From positions 31,374,001 through 31,438,000 of the forward strand of contig NC_086108.1 in NCBI RefSeq assembly GCF_963921235.1: 64,000 nt of DNA, read 5' to 3'. The notes under the pieces are model-generated. The model had not been told where the DNA came from, searched no databases, and saw only the letters and a program-made list of their open reading frames with translations. Positions within the stretch are counted from its first letter, which is position 1, and the number at the start of each line of letters is the position of its first letter. The DNA comes from Mobula hypostoma. Lineage: Eukaryota. Made by a program: the position numbers and the translations under genes. Below are positions 48,554 to 61,403 of the stretch, piece after piece.

Positions 48554-51500
48554 ACATAGAGAGACAGGTCCTGATTAGGGATAGTCAGCATGGCTTAGTG
48601 TGTGGTAGGTCAAACCTAACCAAGCTTATAGAGTTTTTGAGGAGGTTAAGAGGAGGGTTAATGAAGGAAATGCAGTAGACATTGTCTACCTGGATTTTAG
48701 CAAGGTCTTTGACAAAGTCCCACATGAGAGATTGGTTCAAAATGTTAACTTGCTTGGTATTCAGCATGAAGTAGTAAATTGGATTCAACACTAGCTCAGC
48801 AGAAGACTGAGAGTGGTTGTGGATAGGATCTCTCTGGTTGGAGACCTATGTCTAATGATGTGCTACAGGGATCGGTGCTGGGTCCATTGTTTTTTTATCA
48901 TCTATATTAATGATTTAGAAGATAATGTAGTAAACTGGATTAGCAAATTTGTGGATTACTCCGAGAATAGGGGTGTAGTGGAGAGCAGGGAAGGCTATTA
49001 AAGCTTGCACTGGAATATTGACCAGCTGGGAAAATTAGCTGATCCATGGCAGATGGAATTAATGCAAACAAGTGTGAGGTGTTACACTTCGGCAGGACCA
49101 GCCAGGGTAGAACTTACACACTAAATGGTAGGGCACTGAGGTGTGTGTAGAACAAAGAAATCTGGGAATGTGTTGAAAGTAATGTCACAGGTAGATGGAG
49201 TCATAAAGAGTTCATTTGGCACATTAGCCTTTGTAAATCTAAACACAGAAGTCGGGACAGTATGTTGAAGTTGCATAAGATGTTGGCAAGGCTGAATGTG
49301 GAGTATTATGCACAGTTCTGGTCACCTAGCTACAGAAAGATATTAATAAGCCTGAAGGAGTGCAGAGAAATTTTACAAGGCTATTACCATGACTTGAGGA
49401 CCTAAGTTACAGGGAAAGGTTACTGGGTTGGGACAATATTACCTGGAGCTTGGGAAAATAAAGGGAGGTCTTATAGAAGTATATAATATACTGTGGGATA
49501 TAGATAGGGAAAATACCTGTCGGTTTCTTGCCCTAAGGTTGGGTGAGACTAGAACTAGAGGTTTAAGGTGTAAAGTGAAATATTTATGAGTGTGGTATGA
49601 GCTGCCAGCAGAAGTGATGGATGCAGCTTCAATTGTAGAATAAAAGGGAATTTTGGATAGATATATGGATGAGAGAGGTATGAAAGGCTATGGTCTGGAT
49701 GTAGGTAGATGTGACTAAGTATAATATACTGTAGGTCAATACAGGTTAGATGGGCCAAATGGCCTGTTTCTATGTGTAGTGCTTGGTGACTCTATGGCTC
49801 TCCAATGAGGAGATGTTTGCAGCCTTACAGCACACTAAGGGGGATTGGACAAGTGCATCCTTGGACTTTGTAGGAGGCAAGAGTGGAAATTGCCAGGGTA
49901 CTTGCAGAGATATTTCCTGCAGTGTTAGCCGCTGGTGAAGTTCCAGAAACCTGGAAGGTGGTAATATTGTTCCATTGTTTAAAGAAGGTAGCAAGGTCAA
50001 GACCAGGAGTTAGAGTCAGGTCAGTTTGACATCAATAGTGGGGGAGTTGCTGGAGGACATTCTGAGGAACAGCAAGTGGTAGACAGAATCTCACCAGGAG
50101 GAGTCAGCATGGTTTTGTGTTTCAGAATTTATGCTTCATGAGCCTTTTTAAGTTTTTTTGAGGAAGTAACCAAAAAAGTAGATGAGAGTAGAGAGGTAAT
50201 GTTGCCATTTCCAGGACAGCATGCATTAGGAGGGAAGCTCCAACTCTGCAGGATCTAACTGCCAGACAAGCAAAGACTTGATGCCTGATAGCAAGTTCTG
50301 ACGGTGAAGTAGTAGACCCAAAGTGCCTGTGCTCTGCACCACACTCCTCCTTTCCTCATCACCTTTTTATACTATGCTCCTAAATCACAGTATCTCCCTC
50401 TTCAAGAGATGCAATCGCTCTCCAATACAAGAAATCACTCTCAGTACTAAATTCCTTACTTAGGTTTGCTCTGGACACATATGCCAAATACAACAGTTTC
50501 TTCGCATTTTCAATCTCACCGAGCAGTAACTTGCAGCAAAGCCATTGCTTTTGCATTCATGTGAAAAATTTGCACCACACCAATACAGTATCAGCTGTGT
50601 AACACAATACCAAGCCAAACTTCACAGCAACCACAACAAAAGCTCAAGAGCTTATACTGCCTACAGAAAGGAGTACAATATATCGACTTCTGAGAAGGAT
50701 TAGTAAACATTATCATTCTTCACTCCCTCCTTGGAAATTAGAGAGGTTTCTTATGCAACACACCCAAAGAGTGAAAGGCAATTTTATATCATTTTGGCAA
50801 TTGTGTTGACTAGATCTATGTCTAAGTTTCTTCTTACCCAGAACCTTGGTCATTTTTTTAGTAAATCGCTCTGGATAGTATCTGTTAAAAATACTGTCAT
50901 GTCTGGTTTCAGAATTCCTAAACTTTAAAGCTTTAAAACTAACACTTGGAGATTCAACTTGACTCTGTGTTGTAATGTAAAATGGTGATCATTTTATATC
51001 ACCCAATTTGTATTTCCTTTGAGATACTGGGAACAGATTCCTGATTGGCCATGTGCAACCAGTTTAGTCAATCACTGTATCTCACTGCCTAAATGCTAAT
51101 TGTTCATATTGGCAGATTCAGCAGTGGCGAGTGATCTCAAAATTCTATTGAGTCTAAATGTCCATCCCAATTTTACTCACCTGCAAACTGCAGCACAGAA
51201 ATCAGGAATGTCTTAAAGAACAGATGTCATCCCACCCGATCTCTCATCCCATCCCCACACTCATTGCAAGGAGCTGAGCCAAGAAATCAGAATGACTTTG
51301 TATCAAATCCCTCCACTTCCTGCGAGCCAGACTCTGCTATGTTGGGAGTCACTAAACTTACTGTAAATGCAGATAAGTGGTTGTTTATCCTTGTTTAAAT
51401 TAATATTATTGCTTATAAATAAAGAATATCATTAGATTGCTGTTTATATATAAAGTATACAGTATAAATAAACTTTACATACAGTACAGTAATATTGATT

Positions 51501-52699
51501 GCTAAATAAAGTTAATCAATATTACTGTATATAAGTGGTCTATTCACATAAAATTTATGAAAAGCAACAATTGAAAAATGAATTTATTTTATTTGATTAA
51601 ATGCTTTTGCCATTCTATTAACGTCCACCTTCATCTCTCTTTTACTTGTCTGTTCTCTAAGCTGAGCTCCCCCATCAGCTTCAGCAGAGCGGGTTGAAGG
51701 GAAATGAACTTGAGGAGATCAGATCAACTTGGACCTGCCACAACTCAGCACAGTTGGCTGTAGCCAGGGTGAGTGTAATTGAAATCATCATTTTGGGATT
51801 TCACTCTAACTTTCAGCCTTTGGGTGAAAGTAGTGTCATGGCTGGGGCTTCTAGAACATCAGTGGTACATGTCTGTCCTGTAAAGCTGGACAGAATAAGA
51901 TTAAAGGTTTGCACTAAGGCCTCTGCAAGGTTGGAGTCATTCAGCATGGAAACTGGCCCTTTGACTCAGCTCATCCGTGCTGACCACAAGCTAGTCCCAA
52001 ATTTGACCCATATTCCTCTAAACCTTTCCTATCCATCTACTAGTCCACAGGTCTTTTAACATTGTTTCTGTACCAACTCAATCACTTTTATCCACCTACA
52101 AACTCCTCGTGGCAAAAGATTGTTCTGGAAGTTCCTATTAAGTATTTCCCCTCATACCTTTCCCTTCCCAGCCAAACTCCATAATATTGAATGTTAGCTT
52201 TCTTCAGGATTGCCAATGCATACCCAATTGTATTATGCATACATATTAGCCATCTTCCATAAACTACTCAAGTCACCGTCCTCACTGAGTTCTCTGCAGC
52301 AGCACTTCCATAAGACTTCATCCTCCAAGCAAACTGGCGTCCTTCCTCATCCTTGTTTACAATGCTCTTGTGCCTGGGGCCTTACCACATGTAGATCCCA
52401 CCTCTGACCATCCTGAACTGTATTTGGGTGGTATCCACGAGCACGAGAACAAGTGAGGGCGAGTCTTTGTTAGCACTTTGAATAACCAATAGAAAGAGAG
52501 TTCAAGCGTGAGGCTCTTTTTGTTTGCACCTGGTGATTTAGAAGAGAAACGAGAGATGAGAGGAAGTGGGATGTGGCAGGGATGAGTGGATATACTCTCA
52601 ATGGACTGTCCCTGATTACACACCATGAATTCTGACATAGGGAGCTACTGTGGGGAATCAGGCTCGTTGACCCCCCCAAATCCTCACTGACTATCAAAC

Positions 52700-52982
52700 A
52701 CACCCCCACCCCATTTACAACAATTCCATATTAGCCTCATTTTGTTATTCTCCCCTTATTAACTGCCCCATGTTCTTCCACTCACCTGCACACTAGGGGC
52801 AATTTACAGTGGGCAATGAACCAACCAACTTACACATCTTTGAGGCTTGGGAGGAAATTGAAGCACTTGGGGGAAATCCACATGGCGACAGGGAGAATAT
52901 GTAAATGCCACACAGACATCAGGATTGAAGCCCAGTTTCTGGCACTAGGAGGCAGCTGCACTGCCAGCACTATGCTGCCCTT
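52700..52982 (-). mobile_element. tRNA-derived SINE (degenerate)
   Basis: CACACTAGGGGCAATTTACAGTGG...GGGAGGAAA...ACAGGGAGAA...GATTGAAGCCCAG. Confidence 0.6.
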
Positions 52983-53777
52983 GGCCCTTCTGTAAGTGCT
53001 TGTAATTCAATGTGTTTAGAACATACAAGCCATTTCTTCCCTTCTAGTTACTTAGCCTGCAGCTGCTTGGTTGCCATCTTCTCCTGTCAGTGGGGAAGGA
53101 TGCTAGTGAATGCCTGGCCTGGCTGTCTGTTGGGTAATGTGGCTATCGTCTGTGAATAACCAGAAGTGTGTGCAGGTTGTGGCAAGAGCTGCGATGGTTG
53201 TGAATGTGAGGCAGGGTGAAGCATGCACATGTTGAGTACAAGTCATGGTCGAAGAGGCTTGGTGGGTGTAGGGTGAGTGGTACTGTAGTGAGCAGAACTG
53301 GAATAGTGCTACCAGGGGTGGACTACAGGATCTATAAATCATTCACTGACCCTGATCGTTCTTGTGAGGTCTTTCAAATTCTGGCATTGCATCTCAATCC
53401 TGAAGCCATAATCTTGGTATTAATCCCAATTCCCTCTGTGCCTACTGCCACCATCTATCTATAGGGCTGCTTTCACCATTGTAGATAAGAGGCGTACATC
53501 TTTGTAGCCACCTCCTCCGCCAAAAGGATATCTATAAATGGTGTTTGAGTTCTCCTTTAATCGACCATTATTCCTCCTTGCACAACTCTGTTGCAATAAT
53601 TTCAATCCTTCCATTTGCTGAGGGGTACAGGCTGACTTCAAACATTGCAGGCTGGCATCAAATACTAATACTGAATCCCTATAAAGTAACTGACATAGTC
53701 TAGTGCGTCTGCCTGCAGCAATCGTGATGATATGCACTTGGCCCTATTAAATCTTTCTACCCTGTACTGTGAAATAT

Positions 53778-53945
53778 GTAGCAATGGCCAAAGCAGTATG
53801 AGATGGCTTTCAAAAAGGCAAAGAAATGGTGACATCAGACACTGTACTCACACGTTATGGTCCACATCATCCAGTGAAGTTGCCTGTGACCGCTTGCCTT
53901 ATGGGACAGGTGCAGTTATGTCATATGTTATCAGTCATGGAAGTT
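53778..53945 (+). pseudogene. Isolated Gypsy RT-RNase H junction fragment
   Basis: With frameshifts reads QWPKQYEMAFKKAK.MVTSDTVLTRYGPHHPV..ACD..PYGTGAVMSYV. Confidence 0.7.
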
Positions 53946-56209
53946 GTTATGAAGTTAGACTCATATTTTGGACAACCATGTCTTTCTGTGAATTAGTTTA
54001 ATGTTTAATGTGGGCATTAATTAATCAAGTAAACTGAACAGAATATATCTTTCCACGGATCAAATTCTCCATCAAATTAGAGAGAAATAAAAGCATTGGA
54101 AGCGAAGAAAATAACACAAAATTGTGTTAAATTGAAAACTCTGTATCTTATGCTTTCAAAGTCCTTGCATGCTTTACTAAAATCTGTCAGATTTAAACAG
54201 TAGGGGTCTAACCCAAAGCAAAATATTGCCAATGCTGGTTGCTTCTTACAAAAACAGAGTATGCTCTGAATGTTCAACTACTTCTGCTATAGCAGAGAGT
54301 TCTTGAAGCAACAGGTCAAACAAAAGCTATCTGTGTATTTTCATTTTTCTACAATGCTATGCTTAATTAATACTTATCACCAGGAGATGGTGCTTTAAGA
54401 TCACCGGTTCTGTTTAGCTGATTTAACATCTATGTCCAACAGGAGGAGCCCTGATGTTAATGAGAATAAGAGAATCATATTTGAGTCCTGAGAAGCAAAC
54501 AAGAGATAGTCAAGCTTCCTGGATTTTGAATGTGGCTTTTCAAAATTCCAAGCAGTGCCTGTGCACTTGAGTTCCATTAGCAGCACAGTACATACAACTT
54601 TGGTTTCAATGAAGAGGTGATTTGATGGAGGTGTTTAAAAAGTTAAAAGAAATAATTTGGAAAACTACTTCTTTTGATGGTCGAATCAAGAACAGAGTTA
54701 TTTCAGGAGAAAGCCTGTTTCTTCTACGGGGTAATCAGATAGCCATTTCTCACACACTATAATAGAAATTTGGACTCTTTCTCAGCATAAGCCTTCTGAA
54801 TGTAATGAAAATCATTATAGACTGACAACCCAGAATATCAGTTTTATTTAAACAGAGAATGCTGGGAACACTCAGCAGGTCAGTCAGCACCTGTGGAAAG
54901 AGAAATAGAGTTAATGTTCCTTTGCTATTATTTGACAATTCTGTAGTATTTTAGAAAAATACCAAAATACCAAGAGATCTTTGATGTTCACTTGAGAGAG
55001 CAGATTGAGTGTTACATGGACATTTAATTTCAAAGGCAACTTGTCTGACAGAGTAGCCCTCCTTCAGCTCTGCATATGAGGGTCATCCAGGAATCTGTGC
55101 TCAAGTGCCTCTTAATTCTGTGAAACAACAGCTAAAAACATTCCCCTTTGTTGCCATGGATACTTGCTGGGGAGCACTTGAAATGATCCACCAATTTCTG
55201 CACTAAAGGAGTCTATTTTCTCACTAAAATCCATAGACAGCTGTCTTATATGGCAACTCTCTGCTGTGCCTTGCATTACTTGTATTGTGGCATGTGAATC
55301 GTGACAACCAGATAGTTTCCATTCAGTTCCCAACCACACCAATGAGTGTGTGGGGTAGAGTGAAACTGATAAATGTCAACTGGAATATTTGAATATTGAC
55401 CCAAATCAAATGAGCTATCGTACTCAAAGTGATGTTAAAGCCGAAAATACCAAATTAAGAGATTGTGCATATCTGAGGATCGTCATTTCTTCTGGAAATT
55501 TGGGATTTCCACATAGCCTATCCTGCCCATGCTGAAAATGCTGACAGGTCACCTGCTGTCTAGCGTCCGTGAACATCAGTTGTAACTAACCACAGGAAAC
55601 CTGATAAGTTTCATCCACCTCCACTGCAGCCCAGCGGCGGCCTCACGTGCTCAAACACTTTATCTTTCCCCTTCCCCCTCGCCCTTGCGCATGAAAACTT
55701 CCATATCACAGACATGATCCATACTGTCCTGTGTTCCTCAAGGCTCTTCTCTTTTCTTGCCACTGCCACAGCCTCAACTTTTCCCTTCTATTCATTGCTG
55801 TGTCCCCCTTTCACCTTTTCACTTCCTGTCAAGCTGTTTACAGCAGATACATAGAAAATAGTAAGGTTATTAATGTTGTTAATGCTTTGTCAGGATTAGT
55901 AAGGCTATTGAAATTTATTCTTTGAAAATTGGAATAGGTTTATTAATTCACATGAACAAAATACAGTAAAAAGCTATGGTTTTCCATGCCATCCAGACAG
56001 ATCATTCCATACACAAGTACATTGGGGTACCAAAAAAGAATCAATGCAGATCACAATGTTAGAATGCCAGGTAGGCAAATAAAGTACAGGGGTCACAATG
56101 AGGTAGAGTGAGAGATCAAGTTCATCTTTTAGTATATGGGAGTCCAATATCAGTGGCATAGAAGTCGTCTTTGGATCTGTTGCTTTGTACTTTCATGCTT
56201 TTGTACCTA

Positions 56210-56711
56210 CATTCTTGTGCAAAAGACTTTGGCACATTTACAGTATATAGTTAGGGTGCCTAAGATTTTTGCACTGTACCATAATTATCAATGTGGAGCG
56301 GAGACCAAGTTTGTAAATCTGGCGGGAGCAAAGGATATTAGGAATGGTGAGGGCAGAGCACCGTGGGAGGGGTGTGGGGCAGGTGGCAGAGAAGGAGAAC
56401 CAATGGTGTGCCCCGAGACACCAGGCAAGGTCATTTGATTCCAAATAATTGGTTTATTCATCTTTATGGAATATCTCTCTGGTGTTCCTCACTCCCTCCC
56501 CTCTCCCTTCCCCTTCTCACTTTCAGTCCACAATAGAGACCCAGGTTTCAGAATCAGAATCAGGTTTACCATCGCTCGCACGTCATGAAATTTGTTTTTT
56601 TTTTCTCTGCAGCAGTACTACAGTGCAATACATAAAATTACGACAGTACTGTGCAAAAAGTCTTATGCAAGCCAGCTACAAGTATGTGCCTAAGACATTT
56701 GCACAGTATTT
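56210..56711. mobile_element. Composite Tc1-type MITE: two ~70-bp mini-elements (56210-56281, 56644-56711) bracketing ~360 bp
   Basis: CAGTACTGTGCAAAA.GTCTT..GCAC-type inverted repeats occur four times, outer ends TA-flanked; inserted into a degenerate Rex-like 3' region (~55930-56850). Confidence 0.7.
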
Positions 56712-58082
56712 TATTACCACGTGAGTGGAGAGAAGAGAAGATAACCAAGATGGCAAGGGCTCTTGATCATATTGGCTTACAGTGGGAAGTGTAGATGGAA
56801 TCAATGAAGCAGAAGCAGGTTTGTGTGATGGACTGGGCTATGTTCACAACCTAGAATCTGATGGAATTAGAATAACATGTTAAGACATGTTAAAGTCCTT
56901 GTATTTAACAATTACTGAGCAATAATCTAGTTTGGTATCTTTATTAAAAGAGATGTAAGAAAGATATATGGAATACCAAAGTAGCTAAATTAGATAGTTA
57001 ACTTATTTAGTTGACACACACAAATAAAAATTGGAACTAAGCAACTACCAATTCCATTACAGTTGTGAGAAAAAGTATTTGTCATCTAAGTTAAACACGG
57101 AAAGAAATTCTAAGTCTGGATTCAAGAGAACAGCTCAATCATTTGGTTTCATCTGAGTGGTTTTGATGTGAAACCAGTCAGCCTCTAAACAAGCTCAAGT
57201 TTATCATTAAGGGCATACATACCCAGAGTATGTATAAATGCAATGAAAATCAGCTTTTGACAGCAGTTTATCACAAATAATAAATACAAGCTACATTGTA
57301 ATGAAAAATTGTAAGATTTGTTCCTTGTTCTTAAACAGCAAGTGATATTTGCAAACAAAGGAAGCACTGCACATGTTTTGAAGGTGAGAGGATCTACATT
57401 ATTACAGCTATACAAAGAATTAAATACAAAAAAAGAAGCATTCTTTTACAGAAGGATGCAATATAGCACTCACCAACCAATTATGAACCTATGATGGACG
57501 GAACCTCAGGTGTCCGATAGCCTTTCATACAGCCTTTTCTCTATCTCTTAGTACCAAAGCATCTGGCTAAAGGGATGATTCCCATCCGTATTAGGAAGGA
57601 GACCATTCTGATACCTTTCAAAAATCTAACCTAACTTTTGCCCCAGTATTTTTCCATTTCCTAGTGGTACAAGCCCATGCTTTCTTACTTCTCACGACCT
57701 TTGGCCCAGGTACATAATTTAGAAATAGAGACAGCAAGTCTGCAAAGAAGAAAGCATTCTTCACCAGTGCCTAGACTTAGGGATATATGTCCGTGCACAT
57801 CTTCAGGCTATTCCATTACCACATTCCAAGATGATACTATTTTATCTTCTAACTTCCATTTTGTGTTACACTTTTTACTAAGGAGGAGTCAAATTTAACT
57901 CTTTCCTTACACACTTCAATTTACCATATACCACATCATAAAAATGAAGATAGCATAGTAACATGACTGAGGAGGAATTTTTAACCTCCTCCTTGTATCT
58001 GGAATCAGACAGGATTGGATACAACAATGAGCTCGCTGCTTGCCTTATTTTGTTCTCGATTGAAATCAAAGGGCAGGCAAGC

Positions 58083-58292
58083 AGGCCAGCACAGTAGTGT
58101 CCTGGTTAGTGCAATGTTTTTACAGCACCAGAGACCTGGGGTCAATTCTGCTGCTGTCTGTAAAGAGTTTGGACATTCTCCTTGTGACCACGTATGTTTC
58201 CTCTGGGTGCTCAGGTTTCCTCCCACATTCCAAAGATGTATGGGTTAGTTGGTTAGTTGGGCAGCCTGGGTTCGTTGGGCCAGAAAGGCCGG
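58083..58292 (+). mobile_element. tRNA-derived SINE
   Basis: GCACAGTAGTGTCCTGGTTAGTGC...GACCTGGGGTCAATTC...TTTCCTCCCACATTCCAAAGA. Confidence 0.75.
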
Positions 58293-58430
58293 TTATGGGT
58301 GTTCCAGTGATGTCATCATTCAGAATGGCTGCTTAAATCAATAGCTCCTCTGGAAAAACGCATATTTTGCCGCGTTAATCTATCAAATATAAGATCTTTA
58401 GAAAATATCTGAATTGATAAGGGGGGCAAG

Positions 58431-59377
58431 AATGAGGAAGAAGAATGATTTAAAAAAGCATGACTGCAGAGCCTATGGAAGAGAGAGGTACAACAAGCGG
58501 CTCTCCTACACGTGCGCGTGGTGGCGAGGCTGACGCGGGGCCTCGTTCAGGCAAGGTGGCAAATATGATAAGGGAAGTCCAAAAAGATATAAAACAGCAA
58601 CTACATGATATAAAGTCAGAGCCCACCAACGTCCATCAGAAAATAGCGATGGCAGAGACTCAAATTGAGAAGATGGAAGATCACGTGCAGACCGTGGAAC
58701 AGATACTAAGTAAGATGGTAAAAATACTAAATCAACAGGAAAGTAAATTGCTTGACCAGGAGAGAAGATCACGATGGAAATATATCAGGATTGATAATGT
58801 TCCCGAAGGAGCAGAGGGATTGTCGATGACGGAGTTTGTAGAAAAGTTGCTGCGGGAAGCGCAGGAGATTCTCCCGACTATGGAGATTGAAACTGAGAGG
58901 GCGCATCGTGTGCTCGTCCCACGGTCCTCCGGAGACACAGAAAGTAAGCCACGCTCAATAGTACTTAGATTCCTTGGATTCGAGAGTAAGGCAGAGATTC
59001 TATGAAGGGCCTGGGGTAAGAAGAGGGTGTTTTGGAATAGGAAGTTAATATATTTCGATCATGATTACCCCCTGGCAGTCCTACAGAAATGGAAGGAATA
59101 TTCCGAAGCAAAACGAATATTAAAGCAAGAAAAGATTAAATTCCAAACCCCGTACCCTGCTAAACTGAGGGTATTTTACCAAGAAGGGATAGAACTATAT
59201 CAAACGGTGGAAGTGGCGACTACAGACATGAACAACAGAGGGCTGCCTGTTAGCGTGGTCAAACCAAGGGAAAGCCTGGCCGAGCAGTTATCCCGATCTG
59301 CTTGGCAAATAGTAAGAGAACCAAGAAAGCAGGGGACGGGAGGAGAACGAGAGAAGAATATTAGGAAGAGACTGTGA
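58431..59377 (+). pseudogene. L1 ORF1 (coiled coil, RRM, CTD), disrupted
   Basis: RRSRWKYIRIDNVPEGAE, ERAHR, PRSIVLRF, IYFDHDY, YPAKLRV; in-frame TGA at 59003-59005. Confidence 0.85.
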
Positions 59378-59871
59378 GTTCTTTGAGGACAGCCCTCACC
59401 TCCTCCAGAAGAGCCATAAGGTTTGACTAACTTTAAAAGTGCTGATCAACTAAATGGAAGCAAAAATAGATGGTGATATACCTATCTCCAGAAACATGTA
59501 TTATAATGTGGATTTTATATTACTCAATTTTTAAAAATTCATTCATTCAATCCTTTTTCCCCACCTAAATAGAATATATACACGGGAGGAATACACAGGG
59601 AAATCATTTCTGTGTAATGGACATAGATTTTTTTACTTACTTTTATAGGTACTGCAGCGGGGGCCCTCAACTCACAGGTAGGAGGGGCTATCCCCCACAG
59701 CTAGATGTTCCTTCTAGCTCAACCCAGGGTCATCTAGAGACCCCAACCTTGGAATCACACCTTAGTTACCTTTTTTTTATTATCCGCGTTTCTTGGCTCT
59801 TATTTGTCAGGGAGTAGATCGATTAAGTTAAATTCTGCAAATTTCAATAATATACTAACAGATAAATACAC

Positions 59872-61403
59872 CTGGCTAAGGACAAAATAAAATTCATTTT
59901 TTTAATGTCAGTGGGCTGTTGAATCCAGTCAAGCGCAGTAAAATTCTATCAAAACTGAAAAAAGAACAAGCCCATGTAGTATATTTACAGGAAACTCACT
60001 TATGTGATAATGAGCATGGAAAATTAAAGAGAATGGGCTTCACTAATTTGCTTTTCTCCTCATATAAATCAGGACATAGAAGAGGAGTTGCTATTCTCAT
60101 ATCTCAAGCAAGCTAAATTTTGAAAAAGTATTCGAAATGGGAGATAAGGAGGGCAGATATATTCTGGTAAGGGGGAATATAGATGGAAAGCCAGTTACTT
60201 TATTGAATATATATGCACCCACAGGAAGTCATATTAGTTTCTTCCAAAAAATTACTAATATCATGGTAATGGAAACAGGTCGCTTGATATGTGGGCGAGA
60301 CTTAAATTTAAAATTACAACCAAAGTTAGACTCTTCCAATAGAAAAACTTATGAAACAAAGTCTTTACATAAGAAAGTTAACACTCTTTTTAAGGATGTT
60401 GGTCTAATTGATATATGGAAGGACCTTTTCCCTGACAGAAGGGATTACATTCATTATTCTTCCCCCAATTCCATATCTACAAGAATAGACTATTTCATAA
60501 CATTTGGAAAAGATAAAGACAAAATAATCACCTGTGGAATTGGGACAATAGATGGAAGTGACCATGCACCTATGTATTTATCTGTTGATTTTGACCTACA
60601 ACCAAAGAATACTATTTGGGAACTAAATTCAAGTCTACTCAATGATCCCTATTTTAAGGAACAAATTAAAAAAGAAATTGGTCTTTACTTAGAATTCAAT
60701 AATACTGGAGAGGTTTCACCTCCCATTTTATGGGATACTCTGAAGGCTGTCTTAAGAGGGAAAATTATAGCTATATCTTCATATGAGAAAAAAATGGAAT
60801 AAAACATTAGGGGAATTACAAAATAAGCTGAAGGAACAAAAAAAATCACGAATTGAGTTTGGCACAGGATACACTAGAGGAAATTTTAAAAATTAAGAAT
60901 GAAATTAATAGTTTGGTTACACAAGAAATTAGAAAAAAATTAATGTTTCTGAAACAGAGACACTATGAAAGTGGATCTAAATCAATGAAAATATTGGTGT
61001 GGAAACGAAAAAAAAAATAGCAGAAAATATAATCCATAGAATTAGGGATCCAAGAACAAAAGTGATAAAAAATAAACTAAGCGAAATTCAAGAAGCTTTT
61101 GAAATGTTTTACGAATCTCTATATTCCAAAGTTCCAGGGGAAAGCATAACCCAAATTGACACCTTCCTGAATTCTTTAGAATTACCCAAGCAAAGAACAA
61201 AACAGAATGATGACTGCTGACATAACTGAAGCTGAACTAAAAACTACAATTAGTAGGCTTAAATTAAGCAAGTCACCAGGATCAGATGGATATACGGCAG
61301 AGTGGTATAAAGAGTTTAGAAGTGAGTTTTACTCCCCACACTGAACTGGGCTCTTTGAAAGGCGCAAATGTCACCCGCTGGAAGGAGGCAATAATCTCAG
61401 CTA
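59872..61403 (+). pseudogene. L1 ORF2 APE endonuclease and start of RT, frameshifted
   Basis: NPVKRSKIL, YLQETHL, RGVAILI, DKEGRYILV, NIYAP, RIDYF, SDHAP, WELNSSLL, LWDTLKAVLRG, KSPGSDG. Confidence 0.88.

Larger units (their letters stand above)
47140..50205 (+). mobile_element. Degenerate CR1 LINE pieces
   Basis: KKNPKRFY, DWRTANFVPLFKKG..ENY..VSL, YINDLE..V..WISKF.D; 3' tail at ~49760-49800, then a second RT fragment. Confidence 0.8.

Noticed and set aside
51181..51360. Minus-strand exon with CAG|GTGAGT donor
   Set aside because: Weak acceptor, stops in all three frames, no other support.
53459..53737. 92-aa minus-strand ORF
   Set aside because: No recognisable domain or clear splice signals; length is within chance expectation.
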